A stretch of 46,448 nucleotides of DNA from a virus (IMGVR_UViG_3300010376_000054:1-46448), one strand, 5' to 3'. Counted from the first letter of the stretch, positions 16,919-26,620 are shown. The notes: generated by a model from the letters alone, not told the origin. Translations and numbers: made by a program.

Positions 16919-17649
16919 ATAGTTACACGTCCCGCCATTAAACCTTTAGCTGTTAATGTAGCCGCACTTCTACCTCCTACTGACTCAGTTCCACGTCGAT
17001 TAATCCTACTACTAGCAGTAACAGCAGAATGAGGAGCTAAAGCATCAAATCCAACTTGATTTATTCCGGCTATCTTATATGCGGCTGCTCCTAAAGACCA
17101 ATTCAATGTAGCAGTACCATTTACAGTATATGTTCCCGCACTTCCTACAGTTTCATATTCTGTTATACTTCCCCATGTTGTAACGTACCCAGTAAACCCT
17201 GCTCCTGCTACCGTACCCTCTCCAATCACAGCTATGATTAAATCACTAGGATAAATAGTAGTAATACTTGCAGTAGGATTAGTTCCTGCTACTCCACTAG
17301 CAGTAGTCGTAGCATCTAAAGGACTACTTGTAACAAGACCACTAAAGTCATAACATATCATTTCTGTATTACTACTAGTACCGGGAAGAGTATAAGTAAT
17401 AGTAGTAGATCCAGCAGGAGCATTAGATAAGCGTGCTATGGTTATGAAACCAAAAGGAGAGTTGAACGAAAGATCAGTAATAAGATTTGTTGCTCCAGCT
17501 TGAATCGAAGTTGGAACAGCATTAGATATCAGTAAACCAATTATAGTATCTCCTGCTACAACTGGATTAGTAAAAGTACCTGACTTTGTAGTTCCTGCTG
17601 TTCCAAACTGACCAAAATTCAAGACTGCTTGCTGTAAGACTACTGCCAT
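16915..17649 (-). CDS. Beta-sandwich fibre protein with 2.5 C-terminal strand repeats
   Basis: VVAGDTII...STTITYT...YDFSG...PLD...SITT...DLIIA parallels the domains of the 1293-aa protein. Confidence 0.7.
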   Translation of the reverse strand: MAVVLQQAVLNFGQFGTAGTTKSGTFTNPVVAGDTIIGLLISNAVPTSIQAGATNLITDLSFNSPFGFITIARLSNAPAGSTTITYTLPGTSSNTEMICYDFSGLVTSSPLDATTTASGVAGTNPTASITTIYPSDLIIAVIGEGTVAGAGFTGYVTTWGSITEYETVGSAGTYTVNGTATLNWSLGAAAYKIAGINQVGFDALAPHSAVTASSRINRRGTESVGGRSAATLTAKGLMAGRVTI

Positions 17650-17653
17650 AATA

Positions 17654-19132
17654 TTATCCTAGTTTAGCTATTGCGCCTCTAGCTACTCGTCCGGTATTAG
17701 TTAGAGTTCGTCCTGCTCCTATCGCATCAGTACCAAATTGGTTAGGAGCAGCTTGTAATAGTAAAACCCAATCAGGATCTCCTCCACTATTATTACCGGG
17801 AGTAGTAAAGTTATGAGTACTGGTATTCAGAAATGGAGATCCAGTTATACTCTGAAAAGTATTATTAGTTGGATCATACCATCGAGCAGTAATAGAAGCT
17901 AACATTTTGGTCAGATCAACTGTAATAGTAGAAGCTTGTGGACAAAAAATAAGTCCAAGTTTTTTATCAGCAGTTAATCCTCCAGTAACATAATTGTTAC
18001 TCATTGTCCCCGCACAGTTAGCAGCCGCAGTCAAAGTCGAACTGTTATAATCTAAATAGGTTCCACGTCCTGCGGTAATAAACGTGCTGCTTTGATCAGG
18101 TATTAAATTAATCCAATCTATTGCTGTTAAGAAAGCATTCAAGTAACCAAATTGGATTGCTCCTGTTGTGTTTAAATGATTTTGCCACGGCCAAGTACTA
18201 GCATTGTTAGCAGAGTTAAATATGTTCTGGTTTCCATATAACTCACCACAACCTCCCGCTGTTATACACCACCAGATCTGTGCTCGAATATTTTTAGGAG
18301 TTCCGGCATCAAACAATCCTGCCGAAATTTCCTCATATATAGTTTCACCTACATGCGCGGGTTTAGGAGAAGCAAGATTATAGGCTTTTAAAGTATCAGC
18401 ATACGATGGAAAATAAGTATACTCATGGTTCAACTGCATATAAGGATAAATGGTAGTATCATCACTAGCCAGATTTATTCTAGCAACTTGAAAACCATCA
18501 TCCATTTCAGAAGTATGTATATGAACAGTATCGTTACTTTGAATACCGGAGATGATCTGAACCATTAAGTTATCATCTCCCGGTTGCTGTTGGTTACCAG
18601 CATTTATGTAGCTGTAATCATCAAAGTGATAGTAAATTATATTAGCAGTCTTGTATCTGTTACCTATAAATTTACCGTAGTTATTACACTTGGTTAATCC
18701 ACAGTTGCGATAAATTCCTAACATGCTCTGCGGTGGATTAGCTGCAAGTAATGCTGTTGTCTTACCGTTCTCAGTACAGTTAAACAAAACTACTAATCCA
18801 TAGCTGTTAGCTAAACTAATTGCTGCATCTACCTCTGCCCAGTAGTTAGCATTAGGAGTGGATATATCCCCAGCAGTAGTAAATGGAACCTGACCATCGT
18901 AAGACTGAAAATTATTATATCCAGCTACATATACTCCTCCCGGCGCACAAAACATTACCGCAGTAAAACCTTGTGTGGCTCTAGTAGAAAAGTAGGTAGC
19001 TTGCTGAGTTGGATTCAAGTAAGCTAACATTCCCCAACCAGCGTCACAGAGTAAAGGCCAAGGAGTACCGTTCTGATCACAAAGAGTACGACCATTAGCA
19101 GCTACCTTAATTGGAAAGACGTATGCCATCAA
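17654..19132 (-). CDS. DUF4038/GH140 (apiosidase)-like glycoside hydrolase with the family's usual C-terminal beta domain and a strand tag
   Basis: NGRTLCDQNGTPWPLLCDAGW, RATQGF, YWAEVD, GETIYE, IRAQIWW...YGN, ARWYDPT, DWVLLL. Confidence 0.85.
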   Translation of the reverse strand: MMAYVFPIKVAANGRTLCDQNGTPWPLLCDAGWGMLAYLNPTQQATYFSTRATQGFTAVMFCAPGGVYVAGYNNFQSYDGQVPFTTAGDISTPNANYWAEVDAAISLANSYGLVVLFNCTENGKTTALLAANPPQSMLGIYRNCGLTKCNNYGKFIGNRYKTANIIYYHFDDYSYINAGNQQQPGDDNLMVQIISGIQSNDTVHIHTSEMDDGFQVARINLASDDTTIYPYMQLNHEYTYFPSYADTLKAYNLASPKPAHVGETIYEEISAGLFDAGTPKNIRAQIWWCITAGGCGELYGNQNIFNSANNASTWPWQNHLNTTGAIQFGYLNAFLTAIDWINLIPDQSSTFITAGRGTYLDYNSSTLTAAANCAGTMSNNYVTGGLTADKKLGLIFCPQASTITVDLTKMLASITARWYDPTNNTFQSITGSPFLNTSTHNFTTPGNNSGGDPDWVLLLQAAPNQFGTDAIGAGRTLTNTGRVARGAIAKLG

Positions 19133-19398
19133 ACAATTCCAGCAGACTTCTTAGCTTCACAAATAACAAACTTCATTCCATACTTAAACATCTGTTGTGG
19201 AGTTACAGGATCATTACCGGACTTACCTTCAGCTTGATAAATCCTACCTAGAAAAATCTTACCTCTAGCTATCCAATCGGGAAATACCGATAACAACTCT
19301 TCATCGCTGGGAATAGGAGGTTCTGCTCCTACTCCCATAATGTTAATATTAGCGTTCTTTAAATCCACCTCAATCTTACAACTAGCTTCGTGTATCAT
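19129..19398 (-). CDS. Hypothetical protein (89 aa) in the fibre module
   Basis: AGGA/GGAG upstream; overlaps the start of the next gene. Confidence 0.65.
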   Translation of the reverse strand: MIHEASCKIEVDLKNANINIMGVGAEPPIPSDEELLSVFPDWIARGKIFLGRIYQAEGKSGNDPVTPQQMFKYGMKFVICEAKKSAGIV

Positions 19399-19466
19399 AG
19401 TTAATCCTACTCCGTTTAACTCAAGTTAAAAAGCTTGCGCGAACTTTCTTTAGATGAGTATTAGAA

Positions 19467-19871
19467 TTAGCTTTGAGTGATCGTGAGGTTAGTTGCAGTG
19501 AACTGGAACACATCACCACTCGAAAGAGTCTTGGATGCTGCCAGATCTCCAAAGAACAGCAAGTTACTGTTACCATGCTCGAAGATAGCCAAGGTAACCG
19601 CGACAGTCCATGCTCCTCCAGCAGCCGCAAACGACAACGTTGTGGAGTTGTTAATGCTGTTAGTAGCTGTCGTACCAAAGTTAGTTGTGTTGCATGTTAC
19701 CTGCAACCTCGCATAACCAGTACCACTAACTTCTGTTCCCGCACCACCAGCAGTAATACCACCAGTAGTGTACAACGCTAAATCAATGCTCGAAACAAAG
19801 GTGTATGCCGTAGCATTGAACAATTGGTTAAGCAGCTTTGCTGCTAGATATGTACCTGTACCAGATGCCAT
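19467..19871 (-). CDS. Conserved ~130-aa phage fibre subunit (bead/collar-type structural protein)
   Basis: LALYT...GTEVSGTGYAR...N...F...W...NLLFFGDL..SKTL.SGD.FQF....L is a widespread phage virion protein pattern. Confidence 0.8.
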   Translation of the reverse strand: MASGTGTYLAAKLLNQLFNATAYTFVSSIDLALYTTGGITAGGAGTEVSGTGYARLQVTCNTTNFGTTATNSINNSTTLSFAAAGGAWTVAVTLAIFEHGNSNLLFFGDLAASKTLSSGDVFQFTATNLTITQS

Positions 19872-19891
19872 ATATTCTCTCGACTCCTATC

Positions 19892-20005
19892 TTAGAAATT
19901 GGGACTGAGATAATCCTCAATCCAATCCTTCCCAACATTCTTTTCGGAAACTACTCCTACCGTTGCGGCAGGAGTGATCGTACAAGTTGCTGGTTGATTA
20001 GCCAT
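19892..20005 (-). CDS. Small protein (37 aa) carrying one strand repeat, not in the ORF track
   Basis: Hand translation MANQPATCTITPAATVGVVSEKNVGKDWIEDYLSPNF; starts 1 nt after the upstream stop (TGA T ATG). Confidence 0.5.
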   Translation of the reverse strand: MANQPATCTITPAATVGVVSEKNVGKDWIEDYLSPNF

Positions 20006-20006
20006 A

Positions 20007-20480
20007 TCAATTAACGATGGTTAATGTCCATCTGCTTATGTTCTCGGGATTCCCTAAGTTGTTAATAAAGTCAACATAGAGAAACATTGTAGTGCCAACT
20101 GCTAGGTTAGAGTAGTCAGCAATACGAGTGAAAACGTCTATCAATCCGGCACTGGGAGGAGACTCGATAATAATGTCTGCCGGATTGTTTGTTAAAGTTT
20201 TAAAGAAAACGTAGGTAGTATCCGTAGGTCGCAGCTTGGCATAGAAGTTAACTTCTGTTACTCCCGACAAGTTAAATGGTTGTCCATTAGCCTGAACTGC
20301 GGTAATCAAAGATTCGATATCATGGCCAACTATGACTGTTTCATTGGTCAAGCCTAGCCCTTCCGGTGGAACCATTTGAGGAGTTATACCTAACGTATTA
20401 AGAATGATGGTTAGTCCCGGTTCATTCCATTCCACCAAGTTCTGATTCCCGACATTATCAGTATAGGCAAACATGTCCAT
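20007..20480 (-). CDS. BppU-like Ig-fold virion protein
   Basis: GHD...NGQPFNLSGVT..FYAK......VFFKT...GLIDV....DY..L pattern. Confidence 0.65.
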   Translation of the reverse strand: MDMFAYTDNVGNQNLVEWNEPGLTIILNTLGITPQMVPPEGLGLTNETVIVGHDIESLITAVQANGQPFNLSGVTEVNFYAKLRPTDTTYVFFKTLTNNPADIIIESPPSAGLIDVFTRIADYSNLAVGTTMFLYVDFINNLGNPENISRWTLTIVN

Positions 20481-20481
20481 A

Positions 20482-20961
20482 TCAAGTTACCAGTAGAGGT
20501 GCAACCATCTGTCCTACAGTGTTACCAACCAAAGCTACCACTCCGGTACACAAAGAGTTAGTCATATTGTCGCCAGTAGTAACTGTCATTTCGAAAGTGC
20601 CGTTCTGTGGATTTATATTTTGGGTATCCTCCGGTTTTAGATACCAAAGCAAAATTCCTTGGGTAGGATCTCCCAAGTTCGTAATCGGGTTGTAGGCTAC
20701 AATAGATTGCCTGTCGGCAAACAGGATCTCGAATGCAAACCACCAAGTTGTTATATTGGTTGGATTCCATGCTTTGTGTGCAGGAGTTACGATAGTAGGA
20801 TACATCCCGCTCTCTGCTGTTACTACAGGATCATAATAAGGTGAGGGTATAATAGATAGAGGAGTGCAAGCTATACTACCAAATCGGATATAAAATCGTT
20901 TAGCGCGACCTTTTACTATCCTGATAAACAAGTTATGTGGATCTACAATCAATTTGCCCAT
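20482..20961 (-). CDS. BppU-like Ig-fold virion protein
   Basis: IRIVKG...DPTQGILLWYLKPEDT...FEMTVT...TG pattern. Confidence 0.6.
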   Translation of the reverse strand: MGKLIVDPHNLFIRIVKGRAKRFYIRFGSIACTPLSIIPSPYYDPVVTAESGMYPTIVTPAHKAWNPTNITTWWFAFEILFADRQSIVAYNPITNLGDPTQGILLWYLKPEDTQNINPQNGTFEMTVTTGDNMTNSLCTGVVALVGNTVGQMVAPLLVT

Positions 20962-22727
20962 CCATTTCCAGTTAACACTCCCGGCGTAAAGTTAAAGATT
21001 CTGGTTCCAGTTACATTACCCAATCCATCTATGTTACTCAGATTAAACATTCCTATATCATAGGTAACATTACTCTGAGCAAGAAAACCATTAGTAGTTC
21101 CCATCAAGAGATAAGATTTAAGATCAAGCCCTAATCCATAACTACTGTTCCAGACGCACCAGAGAAAAGCATAGTATGCTGCGGGAGGTGAACCTGGATA
21201 ATTCCCTGTTACTACTAACTGAGAATTACCACCACAATTTATTCCCTGATTACCGTTTCCAGCTACAAAAACCCATTTAGTTCCTACTTCTAATGGAGCA
21301 AGATATGCCATTCCACCAAAAGCTATCCATATACCAAACTGCAAGTTATTAGTAAAGCCCAAAGCTGCGCCTGTTGCTTGTCCAGTTGATATTGTTATTC
21401 CATTGTTATTATTAGAAGCGGTACAGTTATATATCTCTACGTTTGTATTGTTAGCGATATAGAAACCACCATTCAATAAAAGATTAGAATTAAGAAATCC
21501 ACTTACTCCACATCTAACTAATCCATTACAGAGTCCATAAAACAAAATACCTACAGGAGCATTATTACCTGTAGGAGCAGCTTGTGGTACAAGTCCTATG
21601 TTCTGGATTGTATTAATCCCATGTGATCCTACAACAATTCCGAATTGATTTTGAGTAGGTTGCAGGAGTGTACTAATAGGTGTAAATACTCCTCCAGTAC
21701 TTCCAGCTAAACTTGGAAAAGATGCTTGTCGGAAAGGTACACGAACAGTAACAGTAGATCCTGAGATTGCTGTTACTTGATAAAACCCTGCCATTATAGC
21801 ACTGGAAAAATTAGACGATCCTGCTATAAAATACATATTAAGCCATCGTCCAACAACAATGTTAACTGTACTACTACATCCGGTTAACTGTACACTCCAG
21901 TTCCCATTTGAACCTGTAACTGAACCAAATCCTGTAAAATTTACATCAGGAAGACTTTGCCCTAACAGATTAATTTGTGTACCATTAACATGATTTATAT
22001 TAGCCATTCCCGGAGCACCAGCATAAGTATCCCCACTAACATTAATGTTAATAGTGACTCCCGGTGCTAACGTATATTGATTCAGATAATTCACCGCATT
22101 CTGAATCGAAGAAAAGTTAGGAGCAACGTTAGGATTTCCCGGCTTAACAAATAATGTAGTAGATTGTGTCAGCATCGGAGTACTGACAATCCACTCTGTT
22201 ACTCTGCCTAATGCATCAACCGGAGCAGTTACTACAATACCGGGACCAGCAACTACCGGAGGAACAAAGACAGGATTCCCAGCTTGTACGGTTATACTGA
22301 CACTCGTTCCAGTTCCTACCACTACTGGAACAGTGACATTAACTTGTAACCTACCCGCACCAGAACCGGGATTAATAGTATCATAGGGTGAGGTAGCCTG
22401 ACAGTAACAGAACAACTGTTCTGATCCTGCGCCTACTTTAGCAAACACTCCTAACTCAGTTAAACTAAACGGAGAAACTACATTAGCTGAATCCAAGGTT
22501 GCATTAACCTCAAATTCTCCCGGTTGCAGATCATTAGCCGCAGTACTAGGAGGTTGTGGAATCAGGTTCATTACCTGAGTAACCAACGCAGTCTGGGCTG
22601 CTGGATTACCTGTAGCAATTCCACTACCCACAGCAACACGAGTAATGACTAACGGTTGCGAAGTTGAAGTAGCAGCTATCTGGGCTGCTCCCAATGCTGT
22701 AATAGTATTAGTAACAAAGTTAGGCAT
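20949..22727 (-). CDS. Tail fibre/spike: P2 gpH-type N-terminal anchor plus a beta-helix receptor-binding region
   Basis: ITALGA...LVITRVAVGSG...TELGVFA...LFCY; FSSIQNAV...INVSGDTY followed by N/G-rich beta-helix rungs. Confidence 0.85.
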   Translation of the reverse strand: MPNFVTNTITALGAAQIAATSTSQPLVITRVAVGSGIATGNPAAQTALVTQVMNLIPQPPSTAANDLQPGEFEVNATLDSANVVSPFSLTELGVFAKVGAGSEQLFCYCQATSPYDTINPGSGAGRLQVNVTVPVVVGTGTSVSITVQAGNPVFVPPVVAGPGIVVTAPVDALGRVTEWIVSTPMLTQSTTLFVKPGNPNVAPNFSSIQNAVNYLNQYTLAPGVTININVSGDTYAGAPGMANINHVNGTQINLLGQSLPDVNFTGFGSVTGSNGNWSVQLTGCSSTVNIVVGRWLNMYFIAGSSNFSSAIMAGFYQVTAISGSTVTVRVPFRQASFPSLAGSTGGVFTPISTLLQPTQNQFGIVVGSHGINTIQNIGLVPQAAPTGNNAPVGILFYGLCNGLVRCGVSGFLNSNLLLNGGFYIANNTNVEIYNCTASNNNNGITISTGQATGAALGFTNNLQFGIWIAFGGMAYLAPLEVGTKWVFVAGNGNQGINCGGNSQLVVTGNYPGSPPAAYYAFLWCVWNSSYGLGLDLKSYLLMGTTNGFLAQSNVTYDIGMFNLSNIDGLGNVTGTRIFNFTPGVLTGNGWAN

Positions 22728-22728
22728 A

Positions 22729-23541
22729 TTACCCGTGTCCTGCCTTGATTAAAACTAGGATTGCACGCAAGAGTCTTTCCGTAGCAGTTATAGTAATGCG
22801 TGCCGCGATAGTTCCTACCATCGCACCAGAAAATAATTGCCGAGCGGTAGCTGTTAAAGCTGCTCCAATCTGAATAACTTCAATCAATGAGGAAGTTTGT
22901 ACATTAGCATTAGCAACCATGCTGCTATGCAAAGCAACAAACTCCGCATTCAAGTTAATACTACCTAGCGGAGTCCACAACCATTCCTGTACATAGCAAC
23001 CGGGAACTAGAGAAAAACTCGTTGGTGCAGTAGTTACAAGGTAGAAACCCTCCATTGTCTGGGATGCTCGTTTAATCGTGAGCATCGTCGTAACAATGTT
23101 AGCTTGTACATCGGAAGGTAAAACGACCGGAGTTAGTATCCTGAAGTGATCATGCGTCCCTCCATACTGATACCACTCCTGCAAAAACAAACCTCCATAG
23201 ATAGTATTAAGTAACTGTACCATCAACGATACTGTTCCTAATCTTCGATTAAAGTTAAAAGAATTTTGAATCAGTTGAAGTTTTAAAGCTAACCTAGCAA
23301 CTGGATCACTGATCGTATTAGCTTGAGCATAGAACAAAACACCAAACTGGAATGCCATCAAATCCAGTACGTTCTCCGGTTGGGCAGCCAGATTCGATAA
23401 TACCTGAACTTGAGCTACAATAGGCAATAAGGCAACATGCTCTATATCACTAACATCACCAATGGATATGATGTTAGGATCGAAGTTAATTGAAGGAGGC
23501 AACAGATCGTTGAACTTACTGGATAGGAGATCAACACTCAT
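22729..23541 (-). CDS. Baseplate protein gpI-like, with a C-terminal strand-repeat extension
   Basis: DLLPPSI, LDLMAFQF, RRLGT, EWYQYGG..HFRI, KRAS. Confidence 0.88.
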   Translation of the reverse strand: MSVDLLSSKFNDLLPPSINFDPNIISIGDVSDIEHVALLPIVAQVQVLSNLAAQPENVLDLMAFQFGVLFYAQANTISDPVARLALKLQLIQNSFNFNRRLGTVSLMVQLLNTIYGGLFLQEWYQYGGTHDHFRILTPVVLPSDVQANIVTTMLTIKRASQTMEGFYLVTTAPTSFSLVPGCYVQEWLWTPLGSINLNAEFVALHSSMVANANVQTSSLIEVIQIGAALTATARQLFSGAMVGTIAARITITATERLLRAILVLIKAGHG

Positions 23542-24749
23542 AGCTGTGGACCTCCGTAAGTCATTGCTATTGTACCTGACTGGATTCCAATATGAGCAGA
23601 ATCTAATACTGTTCTAGTTGGAGCAGTTAATACTAGATCACTAGCCCCAGCTTGGATAACCAAAAAAGTCAGATAAGATGGATCTATATCGCGACCTATC
23701 CTGCTGGCAGTATAATTAATGAAAGTAGTTACGGCTGCCTGAACATTGGCATCAATAGTAGGTTGCAAGACAACATTGGCAGGATCAATGTAGTAAGTTC
23801 CGGTAACATTATAAGTAGTCGCAGTTGGTGCTATAACAGTAACAACATCACCCAACGGTCTGATATCATTATTGAATATCTGGGCAACTTGAGCTAAAAA
23901 AGTCGAACCGGGAATCTGATTAGCCGAACCACTTCCTGCTGGTCCTAGTAAAGGAATGACATTAATATTTCCTGCGGCAACACTAGGAGTAGTATCAGGA
24001 GTCAGGATACTAACATCGATAATAGCACTGGAAGCTGTTCTAGCCCAATATTTGTAGGCTCCTGCTGGTCCTGCACAACTGAATGCTCCCGGCAGTAACG
24101 CTAATCGTTGAGCGTAAGCATCATCCGATTCAGCAGCCGAACCTCCTTGAGTAGCAGTAGTGTTACTGGCAGTAATAACAAACGGCAAACCATAGTTAGT
24201 AATCTGACTAATTTGACCAACTGTGTAACCGTTACCTATAATTCCAGTCTGAGTACACTGTGCTGCTACTGAAACAGAAGCGGTTCCTGCGGTAATAGTA
24301 GCAGCAGCTAACGTAGCAAACTGGGCAGGACCAGAAGCTACAATTGTTCCTTGAGGTATTGGAACATCTACATTAATTGCTACACTTAAAGAAAACTGTA
24401 GAGTAGTAACTGCTGCACTAGCAGCTAACCTTTCACCACTCAGGTTAGTTCCCAGCGTATTACCAGAACCGTAGTTACTTCCTATAGCGTCGAGGTTATT
24501 ACCTATAGCAGAGATAATAAAATTTTGCTGGAAAGTGAAGTTAAGCAGACTACGGTATTGGCTTTCTCTTGCTGCCATTCGCAGGAGAATTAACCTGACA
24601 GGATCTCCCGGTGCTAAGTTTTTAGCTATCTGTTGAACTGCTAGAAAGTCTGCTTCATATTCCGTAATGATCTGTGCTGCTATCTGCGCGGGATCTGTCG
24701 TACAGATAACAGGAACGGTCAGATTAGGGAATCTGGTGCTACTAGCCAT
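23538..24749 (-). CDS. Baseplate protein gpJ-like
   Basis: LAPGDP, GNNLD, ESDDAYAQR, FSCAGPAGAY, IRPLGD. Confidence 0.92.
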   Translation of the reverse strand: MASSTRFPNLTVPVICTTDPAQIAAQIITEYEADFLAVQQIAKNLAPGDPVRLILLRMAARESQYRSLLNFTFQQNFIISAIGNNLDAIGSNYGSGNTLGTNLSGERLAASAAVTTLQFSLSVAINVDVPIPQGTIVASGPAQFATLAAATITAGTASVSVAAQCTQTGIIGNGYTVGQISQITNYGLPFVITASNTTATQGGSAAESDDAYAQRLALLPGAFSCAGPAGAYKYWARTASSAIIDVSILTPDTTPSVAAGNINVIPLLGPAGSGSANQIPGSTFLAQVAQIFNNDIRPLGDVVTVIAPTATTYNVTGTYYIDPANVVLQPTIDANVQAAVTTFINYTASRIGRDIDPSYLTFLVIQAGASDLVLTAPTRTVLDSAHIGIQSGTIAMTYGGPQL

Positions 24750-25113
24750 TAGGCAAACTCAATTCACTTTGGTCAATATTAACTGCTAACTTAACATCCA
24801 ACTCGCCGGGATTAGTAACAGATGGAGCAAACTGGATTCGTTTGAAGGTCGCCCGAGGCTCGAAGTGAGTTAATGCCTCGCACACTTCAGTCACTATCAG
24901 CAACTCTGCTATATTGATAGGAGCATCCACAAAATTATAACGCATCCCTAATCTCCTATCTAACTGAACCTGTCCTACTCTGGTTGTCATTATCACTCGG
25001 ATGTTCTGTAAAACTTCATTAAGTCCGGTTGCGGCTAGATCAAAGTAGTTATTAGGATTAATTATCAAATTTCCCTGTGCATCGGTAATAATCCAGTTAG
25101 CTACATTTAACAT
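24742..25113 (-). CDS. Baseplate wedge gpW/gp25-like
   Basis: EVLQNIRVIMTTRVG...DRRLG...FEPRA. Confidence 0.88.
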   Translation of the reverse strand: MLNVANWIITDAQGNLIINPNNYFDLAATGLNEVLQNIRVIMTTRVGQVQLDRRLGMRYNFVDAPINIAELLIVTEVCEALTHFEPRATFKRIQFAPSVTNPGELDVKLAVNIDQSELSLPNG

Positions 25114-25122
25114 AAGTTAACA

Positions 25123-25704
25123 TTACAATCTACTTGCTATTGCTACACTAGTAATTGGTTTAACTGCTGGAAGCGCAGCAGCAGCTTCGTTGTTAACAAG
25201 TTCAGGAACTTCTGGAGCAACTACATCAGGATTGAAGTTAGCTGGATTAAATCCACCTAACCCTCCCAATGCTCCTAACAAAGTATTGAGAAAGTTATCG
25301 GGATATTCTTTAAGTTTAACTTGTACGCTTGCTCCTATAATTCCACCTCCCTGAAAAAAATACTTAGGATTCTCTTCCAATTCTTCCATAACAAACAAAG
25401 ACATGCCTCGACCCATCGGCTTGAGTCCTACCACAAACGGTCCCGGTATAGCTAAATCCATCATCTCCTCTAGGATAAACATTGCCGCAGTTGGATCTGT
25501 AGTCATTGGCTTAATAAAGTTCATTGAGAAACTTAACTCTATTAGTTCCGCTCCTGCATATTCTAACTGTGGCTTGCCTTGAAAAATTTCATGTACTCCC
25601 CATCTGGCGCGTGTTGTCTTACGTAAGTCATCAAAGGTAGTAATGTTACCTGTGCCAGATTGGAATATTACACCTAACGGAGGTATGCCGTATAATCCAA
25701 TCAC
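25123..25704 (-). CDS. P2 gpU-like tube initiator
   Basis: MIG...VIF...RWGVHE...KPQLEYAG...V.LKEY. Confidence 0.85.
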   Translation of the reverse strand: MIGLYGIPPLGVIFQSGTGNITTFDDLRKTTRARWGVHEIFQGKPQLEYAGAELIELSFSMNFIKPMTTDPTAAMFILEEMMDLAIPGPFVVGLKPMGRGMSLFVMEELEENPKYFFQGGGIIGASVQVKLKEYPDNFLNTLLGALGGLGGFNPANFNPDVVAPEVPELVNNEAAAALPAVKPITSVAIASRL

Positions 25705-26240
25705 GTTGGACCTCCTCCAGTTTCCGTTCCTAATATGTTAATATCATGTACGGTAGTAGTAGATCCATCTACCGTCAGGTTTCCGGTTATCTCCACATCC
25801 CCGGCTAACTTGATGTTAGGAACAGTGATGGTTACACTTGTTGCAGCATTAATTGTAACCTTCCCAACCGCATGTATTGTATAGTTACCTCCGCTAGCTG
25901 TATCGTAAATTATATAAGTTCCATCCTTGAACCATATTCCACGCTGGGTAGCTGAGTTCTGGGGAGGAGGATTGTTTTTGTTATAGATACTTCCTAATAT
26001 AACTCCCCAGTTAGGTGAGTTCTGGGGATGCAAAACAACCGCAGTTTCACCCGCTATTGGTTCTTCATAGGTTTGATGACCATAAGTATTCCGCTGTAGA
26101 AACGGTAGATAGTTAGTCTGATAACCCATATCAGGATAGGTAACAGTTGCCGCACAACGGGCAGAATCCACACGGGTTATCCTGCCGTATCGGACAACTC
26201 CTTCCAGATAATGCCGTTTATCAAACCTCTCCAAATACAT
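25701..26240 (-). CDS. Baseplate spike gpV-like
   Basis: VRYGRITRVD, P..GE..VVL, GVILGSIY, FKDGTYIIYD. Confidence 0.9.
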   Translation of the reverse strand: MYLERFDKRHYLEGVVRYGRITRVDSARCAATVTYPDMGYQTNYLPFLQRNTYGHQTYEEPIAGETAVVLHPQNSPNWGVILGSIYNKNNPPPQNSATQRGIWFKDGTYIIYDTASGGNYTIHAVGKVTINAATSVTITVPNIKLAGDVEITGNLTVDGSTTTVHDINILGTETGGGPT

Positions 26241-26241
26241 A

Positions 26242-26619
26242 TTACTGCCCTGTTGTACTAGCTACTGGTCCTCCCGCAGTTGCTGGATTAGGCAAAGGAA
26301 TTTGGCTCGACAATTTCTTATAAGTATCGGTATCAATGCACTTACGAACTTGAACCTCAGTTTCCAGTTTAGATTCTATTACAGTATGTTTAACAATCTC
26401 AACAATCCATCTACCATCAAACAATCCTTTTCCTACTATGTTAATTACTACTCCTGATGTTATTGCTATATTAGTTCCCGGCCAATTAGCTGTACCGGGG
26501 AAGCTAACAGTTGAACGAAACTCATGCATGTTATGACTACGTAATAAAGCGATAGCCATATCTAACTGATTAGCAGTTGCCGCAACTTTGGGATCTACCT
26601 CTGGTATTGTTCCCGGCAT
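26242..26619 (-). CDS. C-terminal part of a gpD-like baseplate hub, encoded as a separate gene
   Basis: AIALLRSHN...GVVINIVGKGLFDGRWIVEIVKHTV...T.VQVRK is the gpD C-terminal pattern. Confidence 0.75.
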   Translation of the reverse strand: MPGTIPEVDPKVAATANQLDMAIALLRSHNMHEFRSTVSFPGTANWPGTNIAITSGVVINIVGKGLFDGRWIVEIVKHTVIESKLETEVQVRKCIDTDTYKKLSSQIPLPNPATAGGPVASTTGQ

Positions 26620-26620
26620 A

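Noticed and set aside
10907-22727. Diversity-generating retroelement or invertible fibre cassette
   Set aside because: No reverse transcriptase, recombinase or near-identical template/variable repeat pair was seen; the repeats are protein-level and highly degenerate.
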